Source of the DNA: Epiperipatus broadwayi
Lineage: Eukaryota > Animalia > Onychophora
Direction: 5' to 3'
Length of the DNA stretch: 64,000 bases
Assembly (NCBI GenBank): GCA_028023455.1
Contig: JAQFVV010000003.1
Location: 12,896,001-12,960,000 of the forward strand
In this document: piece after piece, positions 1 to 12,630 of the stretch
Layout of the letters: the number at the start of each line of letters is the position of its first letter
How positions within the stretch are numbered: position 1 is the first letter of the stretch
Program-made: the position numbers and the translations under genes
The notes under the pieces: model-generated
What the model was told of the DNA's origin: nothing
Seen by the model: only the letters and a program-made list of their open reading frames with translations
The model's database searches: none

Positions 1-450
1 GGCACTAATATAATGAGCATTTGATAAATATTGTATGTATTAAATTTTTTTTTATATGCTAAATTTAAAGTATTGCCATCTCCACTATAATGTTAAGCTA
101 TGTTCTTTATTAATGAAATCAAAAGATAAAAGTACATTTGTCCAATTTAATATTTTCATTGATTTTTTGAAAAACATGCACTCATTATTATGAATTATAT
201 ACGAATTAATGAAATTTAATATTTATAATTGTGCCTTTTTTTATGCTTGTACTATGTACTACCATCAATATTATCATTTTTTAAATAATCCAGTAATATA
301 TTTATCACTAATTGGTCACTTGGTTGAGTTTTTTTTAAATTTAAATTTCCAATATCATCTTTAAAATTAGTTCTCTTCTTTTTTTTATTGAGTTTGACCA
401 AACGTAAGTTAACTAAGACAAGTTTTTTTTATCAATTATTTTATGATTAC

Positions 451-2003
451 TGCTGTGTCCACAAGTATGACTGGGCGGCCAGCAAATGAATATATACAAT
501 AGAAGACTCGCAATATTTTTAAGTAATCAGAATAGCGAATAGTTTATAATAACACTATCTCTACAGTTCGCTAATGTTTAATTTCCTCGATGTACATTCA
601 GACTGGCTACGCACACCTTGCCTCTGGTCCAGTTTAACTGTACATGAACACATCGTAGTGTTGCTCAGTGTACATTCAGACTGGCTACAAAGCAGTTCAC
701 AATGGGCTAGGTTTACGCACACCTTGCCCCCGGTCCAGTTTAGCTGTACATGAACACATCGTAGTGTTGCACTGCGACCAACTATAAGCTCCTTACAGCT
801 TCCATCTCTGCAACAGTCCACCAATAACTCCACTTGAAAACCGCTGGAAACTCAATTCTAATTTAGCTGCTATCCAGGCGGTTTCCTCAGGCTAGGATCT
901 CCCAATCTCTGTGGGCCTATTCAGCTATGCCCGTGAACTACATTTCCATTGAGCGCTGGACATTAACCGAAGCATTGATACTAGATCTTTCCTACCAGAA
1001 TTGAACAGGAAAGTCAACTGGGGATGCACTCGAATAATTCTAGTTTTTCTGGAGTGCACAAACTTGTATGCAATTTTTACAAAAATACAACACCTTCCCC
1101 CACTCCAGAAAAATCCTTGTTGCGATTCCTTGGAATTTTGTTTTTCTATTACTACTTGGAGGAAACATATTTCCTGTTATTTTGCTCAGAAGTGTTCAAT
1201 TCAAAACTGCTGCCGAACTTCTTCACCTGTTACAGGTTCAATGGTGACTGCGCAAGCATGGTGGGACTCAGCTACTGATGATGACTGTGCAAGCATTTTA
1301 TTTCCAAACTTTCACCATTGTTACATCACATAAACTTGCAGCGAATACTTTAGCTATTCATTTCCATTTATTAACGTTTTCTAACTGGGATTTCCATTTT
1401 CACCTGGTTTCTCCATCTACGGCTAAGCTTGTTGTAATGCAAAACTTATTCACTACTCACAGGTTCAAAATGTGACTCTAATGCTGTGTCCGCAAGTATG
1501 ACTGGGCAGCCAGCAAATGAATATATACAATAAAAGACTCACAATATTTTTAAGTAATCGGAATAGTAAATAGTTTGTAACAACACTATCTCTACAGTTC
1601 GCTAATGTTCAATTCCCTCGATGTACATTTAGGCTGGCTGCTACAAAGCGATTCCAGTTTAGCTGTACACGAACACATCGTAGTGAAGCACTGCGGCCGA
1701 CTATAAGCTCCTTATAGCTTCTGTCTCTGCAACAGTCCACCAGTAACTCCACTTGAAAACCGCTGGAAACTCGACTCTTAATTATAGCAGACAGTTTCCT
1801 CAGGCTATGGACTCCCAATCTCTGTGGGCCTATTCAGCTATGCCCGTGAACTACATTTCCATAGTGCTGGACGTTAACTGAAGCACTCACGCTAAATCTC
1901 TCCTACCAGAATTGAACAGGAAAGTCAACTGAAGATGTACTCGAATAATTCTAGTTTTTCTGGAGTGCACAAACTTGAATGCAATTTTTACAAAAATACA
2001 ACA
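451..2003 (-). mobile_element. Miniature non-autonomous LTR retroelement (TRIM-like): LTR 451-1092, 389-bp internal region, LTR 1482-2003
   Basis: Two direct repeats about 91% identical (14 transitions in the first ~160 bp). Minus-strand termini TGTTG...CAGCA. 5-bp TSD ATTAC at 446-450 and 2004-2008. Polypurine tract GGAGTGGGGGAAGG (minus strand) abuts the 3' LTR at 1093-1106. No gag/pol ORF and no recognisable PBS. Confidence 0.88.
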
Positions 2004-3388
2004 ATTACAATAAATAAAATTAATCTAATATTTTACTCTTTTACACTAACTTATTTTATTGTCCATGAGACTTACTATAATCAGTAAACAAAATATCAAT
2101 AATTCTAGTTGATAACATGAACTACATTGCTTTAATTCAGGTTTTCATTTGGTTTGAATTGCATTTATAATTGGACATTTGCATTTCAAAAAAAAACACA
2201 ATACTTCAATTATTTTTCTTCAATTTTTTGGAAATATAATTAATGAAGAAAAGGGGGCCTTTCCCAATTTTGCTTTGCTATTTTTAGCATGCTTGATGTT
2301 TATAAATAATCCACTAACATTAAGTTTTTTCCCTAAAAAAACAAATGTGTTAATTATTACACTTTTATTCTCTACTGTTCTATATTAGAATGAATACTAG
2401 TTTCACGGTTTTTGTTCAAAAATTGATTACTGTAAACAATCAGTAAATATATTTTCATAGATTTATATTTTATTTACATATTATTCATTTCAAAATAAAA
2501 GTAATGGATTAACATGATTCAATTGTTATTATTAATTCTTTTAGAAATGATACATTTATTATTTGTAGTAGCATTTTTTTTAAATAAATATATTAATTTG
2601 CTAATATGATTGTAGGTTTACATTGTCTCAACATTATATACATTTTCATTCATTCCACAATCATTCTGAATATTTAATGGTTGAAGTAAAATTTGTGCTC
2701 TAATATTGTATAACTATTATGTCCTTATATTTGTAATAAGTTTAGTGTGTTGAACACATCAAGAAAATCAGTAGAATAACCTTGATAGTAATTTTGTTTT
2801 CTATTTTTTTTTTCGTTTAATAATTATTTACTTCCACTAATTTTCTGGATTGAGACTATTAGTCTCAATATACATTATACAAATATGCATTTATAACTTC
2901 CTTATTTAACTCTTATTTCCTCTTTTTTTTCTCTACATTTCTATTTTTTCAGAAATCATATGCAATCATTTTATAATTAATTCTATGTACATATTTGTTG
3001 AAGCCATCTTTATGGAGTTTTTTTTCCCTTCTTGACATCATTGTTAGTAATAACTTTTTTGGTCATGTAATATCCAGTCTGGTTTAAACTTCCAAACTAT
3101 TTTAGTTGTTGCTTTTCCATTTTTCATTTTGTCAGAAAGATAGCATTTTAAAATAATGTTAATGAATATGTTTATCTTCTAAATAGGTAAGAGATAATTT
3201 TCTTATCGATATTTATAACTATTGTATATGATTAACACATTCCTTTTATTAAGTGTTTCCATTAAAATACCCAATTATCATAAATTTGCATTCACCTTTT
3301 CTCTATTAATTAAACTATTAGTTAAAAAATTTAAATTAACATTTTTTATATGTATTGAATTAAAAGTTAAAAATTTTTGTTTTTGTAG

Positions 3389-3475
3389 GATCGTTATTTA
3401 TTTTGTTCCGGTGCTTACGATGGTAAAGTGAATTTATATAGTGCTCTTAGATGTGAAATGTTAATGAGTTATCAA
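3389..3475 (+). CDS. WD40-repeat protein, first exon visible in window (DRYLFCSGAYDGKVNLYSALRCEMLMSYQ); upstream exons not found in window
   Basis: ttttgtag acceptor, gtaaga donor, 87 nt phase 0/0. The SGAYDGKVNLY segment is a typical C-terminal half of a WD repeat. Confidence 0.9.
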
Positions 3476-4961
3476 GTAAGATTTTACAGATTTTTTAAAA
3501 ATATATTTATTACACGAATGAAATTAAGTCTTGCATATTTTAACTGAGCATAATCAAACTTAACACAGTTATATATTTTCATCAAATTTTGTTTTATTTT
3601 TTAGTTAATACTGTATTTTGAAACATAATTGTTCCTAATTATTAAATCCCTGTACAATATATAATTTAGTCATCAATCACAACATTATTTTTGACAATCA
3701 AAAGTTATAAATAAATCTTTATATGAGAATTGCTCATTATTCTTATTTATATCTACTGATTTTGAATGTGAATGTGAAAAATAAATTGCAGTCTATTGAT
3801 TTTCAAAATGTAGCTTGCACATCAGTAAAGATAACCTTATTGGAATACAATATAGAAAAATAATTAAACCTAATAGGAAAAAATAATATTCTCTCAGATC
3901 TTAATATTATATCCTAATCTCTTAATTGATTTAAGAATCTTGTGTGGTTTATTCAGTGGTCAAGTGTTAGACTTACAAGCTAAATATTCTTAGATTGATC
4001 ATGATCATTTTGATTTTCAAAGTATCATGTGATTTTCTGAACAATAAACCATACAGTTATTACTATTAATATAAACCTGAAAACTGTTTGCCATGTTGAA
4101 CAACTACTGGAAGCAAATATGATGTCACTAGAAGTCTTCATTCTTCTCTTAGGGAGAGAATCGAATGAGTTATTAATGGTATAATTCTTATGAATTATTT
4201 TAGACTCTACAATCTGAAACATTGCTAACAGTTAATATGTTTCTAGAAATTAATCTAAAGGAAAGACAATTAATAGAAATCATATTAAAGCATCTGGTGA
4301 TAAATTTTGCCCTAGCTACTCAGTTGTTAGTTGGCAAGATTTTTTTTTGTTTTTCTTTCTGGTTTATCCTCTAATTAAAAGCAGCTGGGTTGCTATGAAT
4401 CAATTACATGAGAGAAATTCTAAGTTTGTTTAGAAATCCTTAAGTAACTGATAAAAATTTCAAGATACTCTAAATTTGAACCTTAAATTATGAGTAAGCA
4501 AGCAGATGTGCTAACCATTATATCACGAAGTCCCTTATTTCATTTATATATATTGGTTAGTAAATGATTATCTAATTATTGCATATGCTTATCAGTTTGC
4601 AAATGCATTGATATTGTCCAGTAGATGCATATTTGTCCACAGGCAGAGAAAAGAAATGATGACAAATGAAAATCATGAACTAGTTGTCTCTTACAAAAAA
4701 AAAAAGTCTTGAATAATGTCAAAAGCCATATATGTAGTATAGCATTTTGTGCTTATTCTTTTGAAATCATGTAAATCCATTAAATTTGAAATGCACTTAA
4801 TATTTAACAGACGTGGAAAGGGTGGGGGCTCTTGAAGATTACATTTTAGAAATTATAACGTATAAGGTTACAATAATTTTACAATTAAATATTATTTGAA
4901 ACAGTTTTTTTAATTTTATTTTATAAATTGTATTAAGTTTTTTATAATTATATTTCAAAAG

Positions 4962-5024
4962 ATTACCACCATGAGTCTAGCTCGTAATGTCAATGCTGTT
5001 CGGTTTAGCAGTGATGGAACTAAA
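4962..5024 (+). CDS. WD40-repeat protein exon 2 (ITTMSLARNVNAVRFSSDGTK)
   Basis: AAG acceptor, gtgagt donor, 63 nt phase 0/0. VNAVRFSSDG is a WD motif. Confidence 0.9.
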
Positions 5025-5104
5025 GTGAGTAGCATTAAAATGAATTTTTCATAAGTAAATTTATTATATGAATTTTATATTGATTAAATTTTATTTCATT
5101 ACAG

Positions 5105-5183
5105 ATATTGGCCACCACTACGGCTCGGCGTTTGGCTGTGATTGACATTGAGCGGGGAGAGCAGTTAGCATCTTATGATAACT
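5105..5183 (+). CDS. WD40-repeat protein exon 3 (ILATTTARRLAVIDIERGEQLASYDN)
   Basis: ttacag acceptor after an 80-nt intron, gtaagt donor, 79 nt phase 0/1. Confidence 0.92.
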
Positions 5184-6062
5184 GTAAGTTATGATTCAAT
5201 TATAATATTTTATGAAAATACTTATATGACATTTAAGTGAATAAGATAACTTCTTAGTCATAATGTATATGGAATTAGCTTTTTAGACATATTCTGAGAT
5301 TTAAAATTTAATACACTTTTTCTTACATTTTCAATGGCCAAAGTAAGTTTTATGAAAAAGCTATTGTGTCTTTATTAGACAATATTTGGTTACTGAGAGT
5401 TACATTCTTTTCTATTATAAAAAGTAGAGCTCAGCATCTACAACAATATTTCAGTCAACCAGTGATGAAGTTCTACATCACACTGCAGTGACATTTGTGG
5501 ATTTTAGTCTATACATTAACATTCATTTGATTAAACCAAGTTAACATTGAACTATTTCATTCTAACTTGTAATATTCAAATATTCTTTATAGTGGGTAGC
5601 TGGCTAGATTATCTGGAAAAAAAATTCTTAGCTTGCTTATTTATCTGATCGGCCTCTAACCCTAGGTTATAGATAATATATTAATTTTTTTTTTTTTTTT
5701 TAAATTATCATTTAATTAGTGTCACGAGAATCACTTTTACTATAGTAAATTAATTAATAAAAAATAATGCTTGTTTAAAAAAGTATGGAAAACTCAGTTT
5801 TAGAATTTTTTATATATTAATGAACATTTTAAAAGTGTTTAGCAAAAGCAGAAAATTGGAAAGTTGTAGGGTTTTTTTTTCATTTTTGTTACATTAACTA
5901 CCTCTGCAAATCCAATTGCTTTGATGAATCTATCAAGTATGTTAGAAGTTGATCCTGTTAAATGTATTTGGATGCAAGTATGTATATATATATACGTATA
6001 AATGTTGTGTATGTGTATTTTTTATGTTACTGTTTAATGAAAACATTGATTTTAACTTGTAG

Positions 6063-6148
6063 GTGCTTTTAATGGCCGCGATCGAACAGGGCTTGCTGCA
6101 GACCCTATATGTCCTCATATGATAGTGTGTTGTTGTGTCAATGGAAAG
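6063..6148 (+). CDS. WD40-repeat protein exon 4 (C-AFNGRDRTGLAADPICPHMIVCCCVNGK)
   Basis: ttgtag acceptor, gttatt donor (weaker), 86 nt phase 1/0, frame joins exons 3 and 5. Confidence 0.88.
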
Positions 6149-6236
6149 GTTATTATTCACTTATTTTTTTTCTTTATGAGTTTTTAAAATGTTTAATAAA
6201 TATTTATCTAATTTTTCCATTTTTGGCAATTTTCAG

Positions 6237-6290
6237 GGTTTGACATTATTTGATCTTAGAATGCCACTTCCATTAGATTTTATTTATGAT
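6237..6290 (+). CDS. WD40-repeat protein exon 5 (GLTLFDLRMPLPLDFIYD)
   Basis: ttttcag acceptor after an 88-nt intron, gtaagt donor, 54 nt phase 0/0. LTLFDLR is a WD-terminal motif. Confidence 0.92.
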
Positions 6291-6849
6291 GTAAGTATTC
6301 ACTATTTTCTTCTTTATTATTTAATTTTATTGATTCTTTTTTTTTAAAAAAAAAAGACTACATCTCTTATATATAGTTCAACATTATTTATTTCCATTAA
6401 TTCAACTGAGCATGCTCTGCAAGGATTCTATAGTAAGCTTGCTTTTAGAATCACAAGCCATTATGTATCTAAATTTGAATTATTTATTTTACATATCTAA
6501 TATTAGATTGGGTCTGTCAACTTTACTCAGGTTCATTTTTTTTATACTATTTTCCATATGGATCCACAGGCTTCATTGAATCACTGGTCAATAGTTTTAA
6601 TATCACATCTTACATTCCAATGTATAGAACAGACAAACATTTGCTAATTTTGCATGAGAAATAATTATATAATAAATGTAAATATAATGATAATTAATAT
6701 ATTATTTTAAAAAAGAGTTTTCTATATGGTCTTTTTACTATCTTATTATTTCTTCTCTAACATGTAGTTACTTTTATTTGTATATTGAAATGGTTAAATT
6801 ATGGCATTATGAATCTTATTTTAAACTATTGCTTATATTTATTCTGATT

Positions 6850-7830
6850 TCATCATCATTATTCCAACAAAAAGCAGATTCTGTGTAGTATCCTAGACCC
6901 TTTTTTCATTATCTTGCTATTCTTCAGAAGTTTACTAATTTCTCTTCAGTCCCAAAATATCATTCATAATTTCTCCATGTAATAAATAAATGTCCAATTG
7001 AGACCTTTTTAATTTTTTTCAAAAAGTAATAATTTTTGTGCATTTTTTTTTTCAAATCTTTTTGTTTCTAATCTTATTCTTCCAACTTCTCTTTTGCATT
7101 CTCAAAATCTATATTTTTAAAATCTTCAGTCATTTTTCCTTTTGTTTTTTTCTAATTGTTCCTAATTTCTGTTCTATATATTGCACTAATACAAACAAAA
7201 CACTTTACATATTTCTTTCTCAATTATAACTTCACGGGACTGCAGAACAAACTTCTAGCTGTATTAAAATCTTGTTTAGCCTTGCAATTTTCATTTTTAT
7301 TCTTGTATTTCTACTTCAGTCATCAGTTGAACAATTTTTCTTTCATTCTATTCCATTATTTTTTTTTTTTTTTTGCTTTAGTTTGTGATGCACTCAAGTT
7401 ATTGACAGCTAGAATGCGATTAACATTGCTAAAATCAGCTGAATGAATGGTTAACGTGCCAAAAGTTTAAACTACTAACAAACGTATTTTTAAAATAAAT
7501 CATCATCAACCATTATTGATGTACTGTAGAATGAAGGTCTCTCCGAGTTTAATTCAATTTCTGTAAACCATAGTTTCTCTAATCCATATCACACCAGCAA
7601 TTTTCATATTTCATCTTATCATCTCATATATGATCTTTATCTAGATCTTACACAATTTCTTGAAATTCAGTTGAAGACTAAATATGTTCTACTCAGCTCC
7701 ATTTTGGTCTTTTAATTCTTTTAATGATGTCAATAATATTTGTCTGTTGCCTTTATTCTCAACATACATTTCTCCATACTTCATTTAATATTCTGAGGTC
7801 TTTGTATTACTCTTCTGTTAAGAATTCAAG
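6850..7830 (-). mobile_element. Two adjacent decayed LINE 3'-end fragments (RTE-like), about 6850-7330 and 7499-7830
   Basis: Each starts on the + strand with catcatca (reverse complement of a TGA/GAT tail). The 7499-7830 piece resembles the 3' end of the RTE copy at 37800-38080. No intact ORF. Confidence 0.5.
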
Positions 7831-9256
7831 TCTTATTATATTAATTTTCTAAAACTAAAACAATGGGTTTTTTTTAAATATTTTTTTCTATAATAATAAA
7901 TATTCATTACTTAATGCATAATCACCTTAAAAACAAATTATTTTGTGGTAATAAAAAATTATATGTCATTTTTTTAGTTTTTTTAAACAAAAAAAAATAT
8001 TTAGTAAATATTTTTATGATTTAATGATACACATTGTATAGTGTTTATATATTTATATATTACTTTATCATATTTTTTTTGGAATGAGTTTCGTCTTTTA
8101 ATATCTTGAGACAATTTAAAGTCTCATCCCTAATACAATCAGATGGTAATTTTTATTAGATGAATTTGCATTTAGATGTCCAGTAAAAGATATTTGCTTT
8201 AAATTAAAATATCAAAGTAACCAGCTTATATAAGATGATGTGCATTGATAATTAGAAATGAGTGAATTAATTAGCTTATAGTATTTATATCTACAATATA
8301 CAAAAAAAACATATATATTTTTAAAAAAATGTATGTTTTTCAAATTTAGAACAATTATCGTATAAGGCAAATGGTAGCCATTTATTAGATAATGTACAAT
8401 AGTTAACTTCTGAATTATAATACAATGCTCACAGGACTGGTATCAGCGAAACTCCCTTCATCAGTTGTATCAAGTACTTAAATATCATTAAACTTACTAA
8501 AGTATATTTGCTTTATTTGGAAGTTTAAAAGATTATACGGGATCTTTTTTATAATCATTGATCATGGAAATAATTATTTTTTAACCAGGTAAAAATTATA
8601 ATCAGTTTACTTTTTTACAAACATATATATATAGTGTGTGATTCTCTACTTATGAAAGCCTGACATATTTTAAAATATAATTAAAGAATATTGAGCATAC
8701 ACCATCTCCAACCAGAAAAAATCAAATTGAAATGATGAAAATAATAAAAACAAAACAAAGTCATAATTTTAAAGAAGTAAGGAAAATGAAATAAAACTGC
8801 AACTAAAAGTTTTTATATTCAAGTTTAGAAGTCAAACTGAGAAATAATGTGTACCTTACTTGAGAACAAAAATGCTATTATAAGATGTTATTATGAAGTT
8901 GTAGTTCCGATAAATAAATTCAAAAATAGAAATTACAAAAGTTCTTAAAAAAAAGATTCATCTATAATAATGATAGGATGGCAAGTTCTGCTTCACATGT
9001 ATTAAAATATATTATCCCTGAACAGGATACAGAATTGAATAAAACTACTGTTAGTCCAGTAAAGGAAACTAAATATAAAATGAAATGGAACTAAAGACAA
9101 CTACACAAATTCGAAGTAGAAAATTAGGTATTAATTAGAAGTTCTAAATTAAATGATCTTAAAGTACCAACACATAGTAAAATACTGGCTGATATATAAT
9201 AAAGTAGAACTAAGTGCATTTATAATTGGAATTGATAGGAAAAATAAAGATATTTT

Positions 9257-11044
9257 GGTACCGTTTGATGGCGCTCTTTTTCGCCCAATGCACATCAATA
9301 TACCGATTCACGGGCCATCTGTTTGTTTACATAATATTACGGTAAAAATTTTTTTTTTTTCTTTCAACTGGTTTTTAATTTTTTTCTGTCATCGGCCCAT
9401 CTGTTTGGTTTACATAATATTACGGTAAACCACCAAAGTTTTTTTTTTTATTCCACCAGGGCTTTTTTTTTTTTTTTCGTTTCTTAATAAACAAATACTT
9501 TGTTTTTAGATGGTTTGGAGTGTTGGTTTGTTTTTAAATTTGCGACTAACTGTCCATCGGTTTCTTTACATAATATTACTTACGATAAACCAAAGTTTTT
9601 TTTTTAACCCGGTTTTTTTATTTTTTGGGGGTTAGTTTTTTTAAGTAACAAACACTTTGTTTTTAGATGGTATTAGGGGTGTTGGTTTGCTTTTAAATTA
9701 TCGATTAACGCTCCGTCAGTTTGTTTACACAAACATATGGTAACAAACACTTTGTTGTTTTTAGTTGGTGGAGGGGGGTTGGTTGTTTGCGTTTAACTTA
9801 TCTTCTTTTTTTTTTTTTTTTTGGTTGATGTTTTGATTTGCTGAAAGACTTCAACAATTCGGTACTTTTGAATAAACCAACACTTGGTTTTTTTAGAGGG
9901 TGGAGGGGAGAGGGGTGGTTTTGATTTTGAATTGTCATCTTTTTTGTTTTGGTTAATTTATTACGAGGCTTTTTTATTTTTTTGTTTTAAATCTTTATGT
10001 TACAGAAAGTTATATTATATGATAGCGAAAAGTTCTTCCTTAATTTTTGGGCCTTTAATTTTAAAAAAGACATAAACAGTTTGTTTTTAAAGAAAACTTT
10101 TTTTAAAGCCGGGGGATGTGGGGTGGGGTGGCGGGGAAGATTTATTTTGATTTTTAATTATCGACTTCTTTTTGGATTTTCTTTTTGAACATTTTATTAT
10201 GTTACTGCACAGTTCTTTATTATTATTTTATATATATTTTTTGGGGGGTGGGGCCTTTTGAATAAACTCTTAAACACTTTTTTAATTTTTGGTATAATAA
10301 AATATTACCTACTTTAGTTAACTATTAATGAAATTTATCAAATATTACCTACCTACTTTCTAATCATGTGAACAACAGCAACAGTTTCCCATAAAATAAT
10401 TTATTGAATCCAAAATAAATGAAACTTTTGACAAGTTGTGAACCAAAACAAGTAAGAAAAAAAAACACCATTTTTGGGGGCATAAAAAAAAAACTCCAAA
10501 AATAACACGCAAATAAAATAACAGGGAAGCCTCAAAGCTGTAAGTAACGGGATTTTGGAGCCCTCGAACCAACTTCCCTTACAGTTCTTGCACGGATTCA
10601 TGCATAAACGGGCATTTGCGCGTGAAATCAGAAAAAACTCTGCTAAAAAGAATCACCTTTTCAAATTGTGTGCAGTTCAAAAGCGTAGGGAAACATGTGA
10701 TGGCATGACAATTCTTAATATGTTATACTAATTCACCTATGCTTTCTAAAAAATTTCCAACAATGAATTTTTGCAGAATTTCATCTCTTTCAAATATGGC
10801 CACCATCAAATCAGACCGTAGCGAGAGTTCAAGAGCGCTCACTTGACGAATACTGTCACAATGCAGTGGGCATAGTATTTTGTTATGTAATCATAGAATA
10901 CATCGTCCTCAGGTGGCCTGTTATGGCTCAAAACACCTATTGTAGTATCAGCCATAAGTTAAGGCTGCTAAAACGGTATATTGATGTGCATTTTATGAAA
11001 AACAATGCCATCAAGTGGTGGGGTTTAGTATTCATACTATTACC
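9257..11044 (-). mobile_element. Non-autonomous Merlin-type DNA transposon, copy 1 (left TIR has an internal deletion of about 20 bp)
   Basis: Right end reads GGTAATAGTATGAATACT inward. Left end GGTA joins ccgtttgatggcgct. 8-bp TSD gatatttt/aatatttt (7 of 8). Colinear with 32240-34225. Minus-strand relic KGSWFEGSKI. Confidence 0.82.
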
Positions 11045-12233
11045 AATATTTTTAATACAAAAAAATTTAAATTGTATATCTTATCATAAAGATCAAATTC
11101 TATTTTATATATAATTTAAATTAGAGAGGAGGAATTAATTAATATTAGCATATGTTAGAGGAGATTGATTGGGGGGGGGGGGGTAATGTCTTAATTTTTT
11201 AAAATGTAAATTCAGCAGTCTGAAATTTGTCATGAAAAGTTAAATCAGTTATTTTAATCATCTGAAAATATGATTCTTCCTTCATCAGTTATCTCAATCT
11301 ATTTACACTTTCTGAGATCTTCCTCTTTTGCGTATGCCTTGTATAATGCCAAATATTAGAATTTTTAATTTTTGATCATCAATTATTTGACATATATGGC
11401 TAAATAATTTTTAACTTTCTTTAATAAAATTTCTCTCCAATCCATTTTTTTATATACATTCTTCATTAGAAACTTTTTGCCTCCCACCACTTCTTGGTAA
11501 TTGTGTGGCATGTTCTTTCAAATCCCAAGATTCATCTTGCAAAGTAATTTGTTGTCAGTATTTTTTCATAACTTATATATAATACACTAAAAAATATGCA
11601 TAATAATTTAAATGTTTTAATAGTTTTGTATTAAAAATTGAAAGAAATAAAAATATATAACACTTACTCAAAATAAAATTAATAGTTGCTAAAGTAATTT
11701 TCTAAAAAAAAAAAAAAATTCTGCTTATCAGAATAGAGAATTAGAAAATAACATCATATCAACTTAATTAAATTAATTTGCCATGGCGTTTTTTTTTTTA
11801 CAGACTTTATATAATGCTATAGTTTCAAATTTAAAATTATGTACATCTTCAGTTAGAATAAAACCATTGTATTATCAAAAAAAGAATGGAATTTAATATA
11901 ATATACACCAAAATGTATAAAATAAAAAGATTTATGTGCAGTAAGTATCTATACCTTAGTTATGAAAATAAATGTAAAAAGAGGAATATAGGGAAGAAAG
12001 AGAAACAGAAGAATCATAAGAAATAAACATAATTATCAAAAGTTTTTTTAACTATATTACTGTCTACATGTTTTCATATTTATTCCTAATGTAGTTGAAA
12101 TCTTTATATGAAAGAAATTTATATTACATTTGATTTCCAAGTTGAAAGAGACTATTTTAAAAGAAGCATGATAATTTATTAAAATTTATATATATATGCT
12201 TGTTCATTTTAAACATTTACTTACATTTTTAAA

Positions 12234-12630
12234 TCATCGTCATCATTATTTTCAGTTCTTATCAATCATTTCAGGATAAAGGGCTCTCCAAGTTTAATTC
12301 AATTCTTCTGATCCTTAACCCTTTTTTTATTTCCTTATTTTATCCATCTATCTCATATGAGATATCTTTCTAGGTCTTTTAAATCTCTGGGATCAGTTTA
12401 AAATTTCACCTCTCGACTATTATTATATCTTCTAACAGTTTTTCCAGCTCAAATACATTTCAGTTTACTCATTTTTTCAATGATATCAGTGATATTCATT
12501 TGTTCTATTACCCTTTATTTTATTTTTTGATATTTTATTATTATTCCAGATATACAGCTCTTCATACTTTATTGAATGGTTTGAAGTTCTGATGGCTCAT
12601 TTATTAAATGCCTAAGTTTCATATTCATAA
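12234..12630 (-). mobile_element. Decayed RTE-like LINE 3' fragment
   Basis: Begins catcgtcatcatt on the + strand and aligns by eye with 7499-7830 (e.g. ggctctccaagtttaattcaatt). Confidence 0.5.

Noticed and set aside
561-1818. Track ORFs 561..833, 1001..1333, 1024..1278, 1278..1475 and 1609..1818 as genes
   Set aside because: They lie in the LTRs or interior of the miniature LTR element, differ between the two LTRs by indels and show no gag/pol motif.
8435-8473. 39-nt phase 0/0 candidate cassette exon (DWYQRNSLHQLYQ) in intron 5
   Set aside because: No polypyrimidine tract, weak donor (gtactt), and it would interrupt the YD-CHNNIIRDV WD junction.
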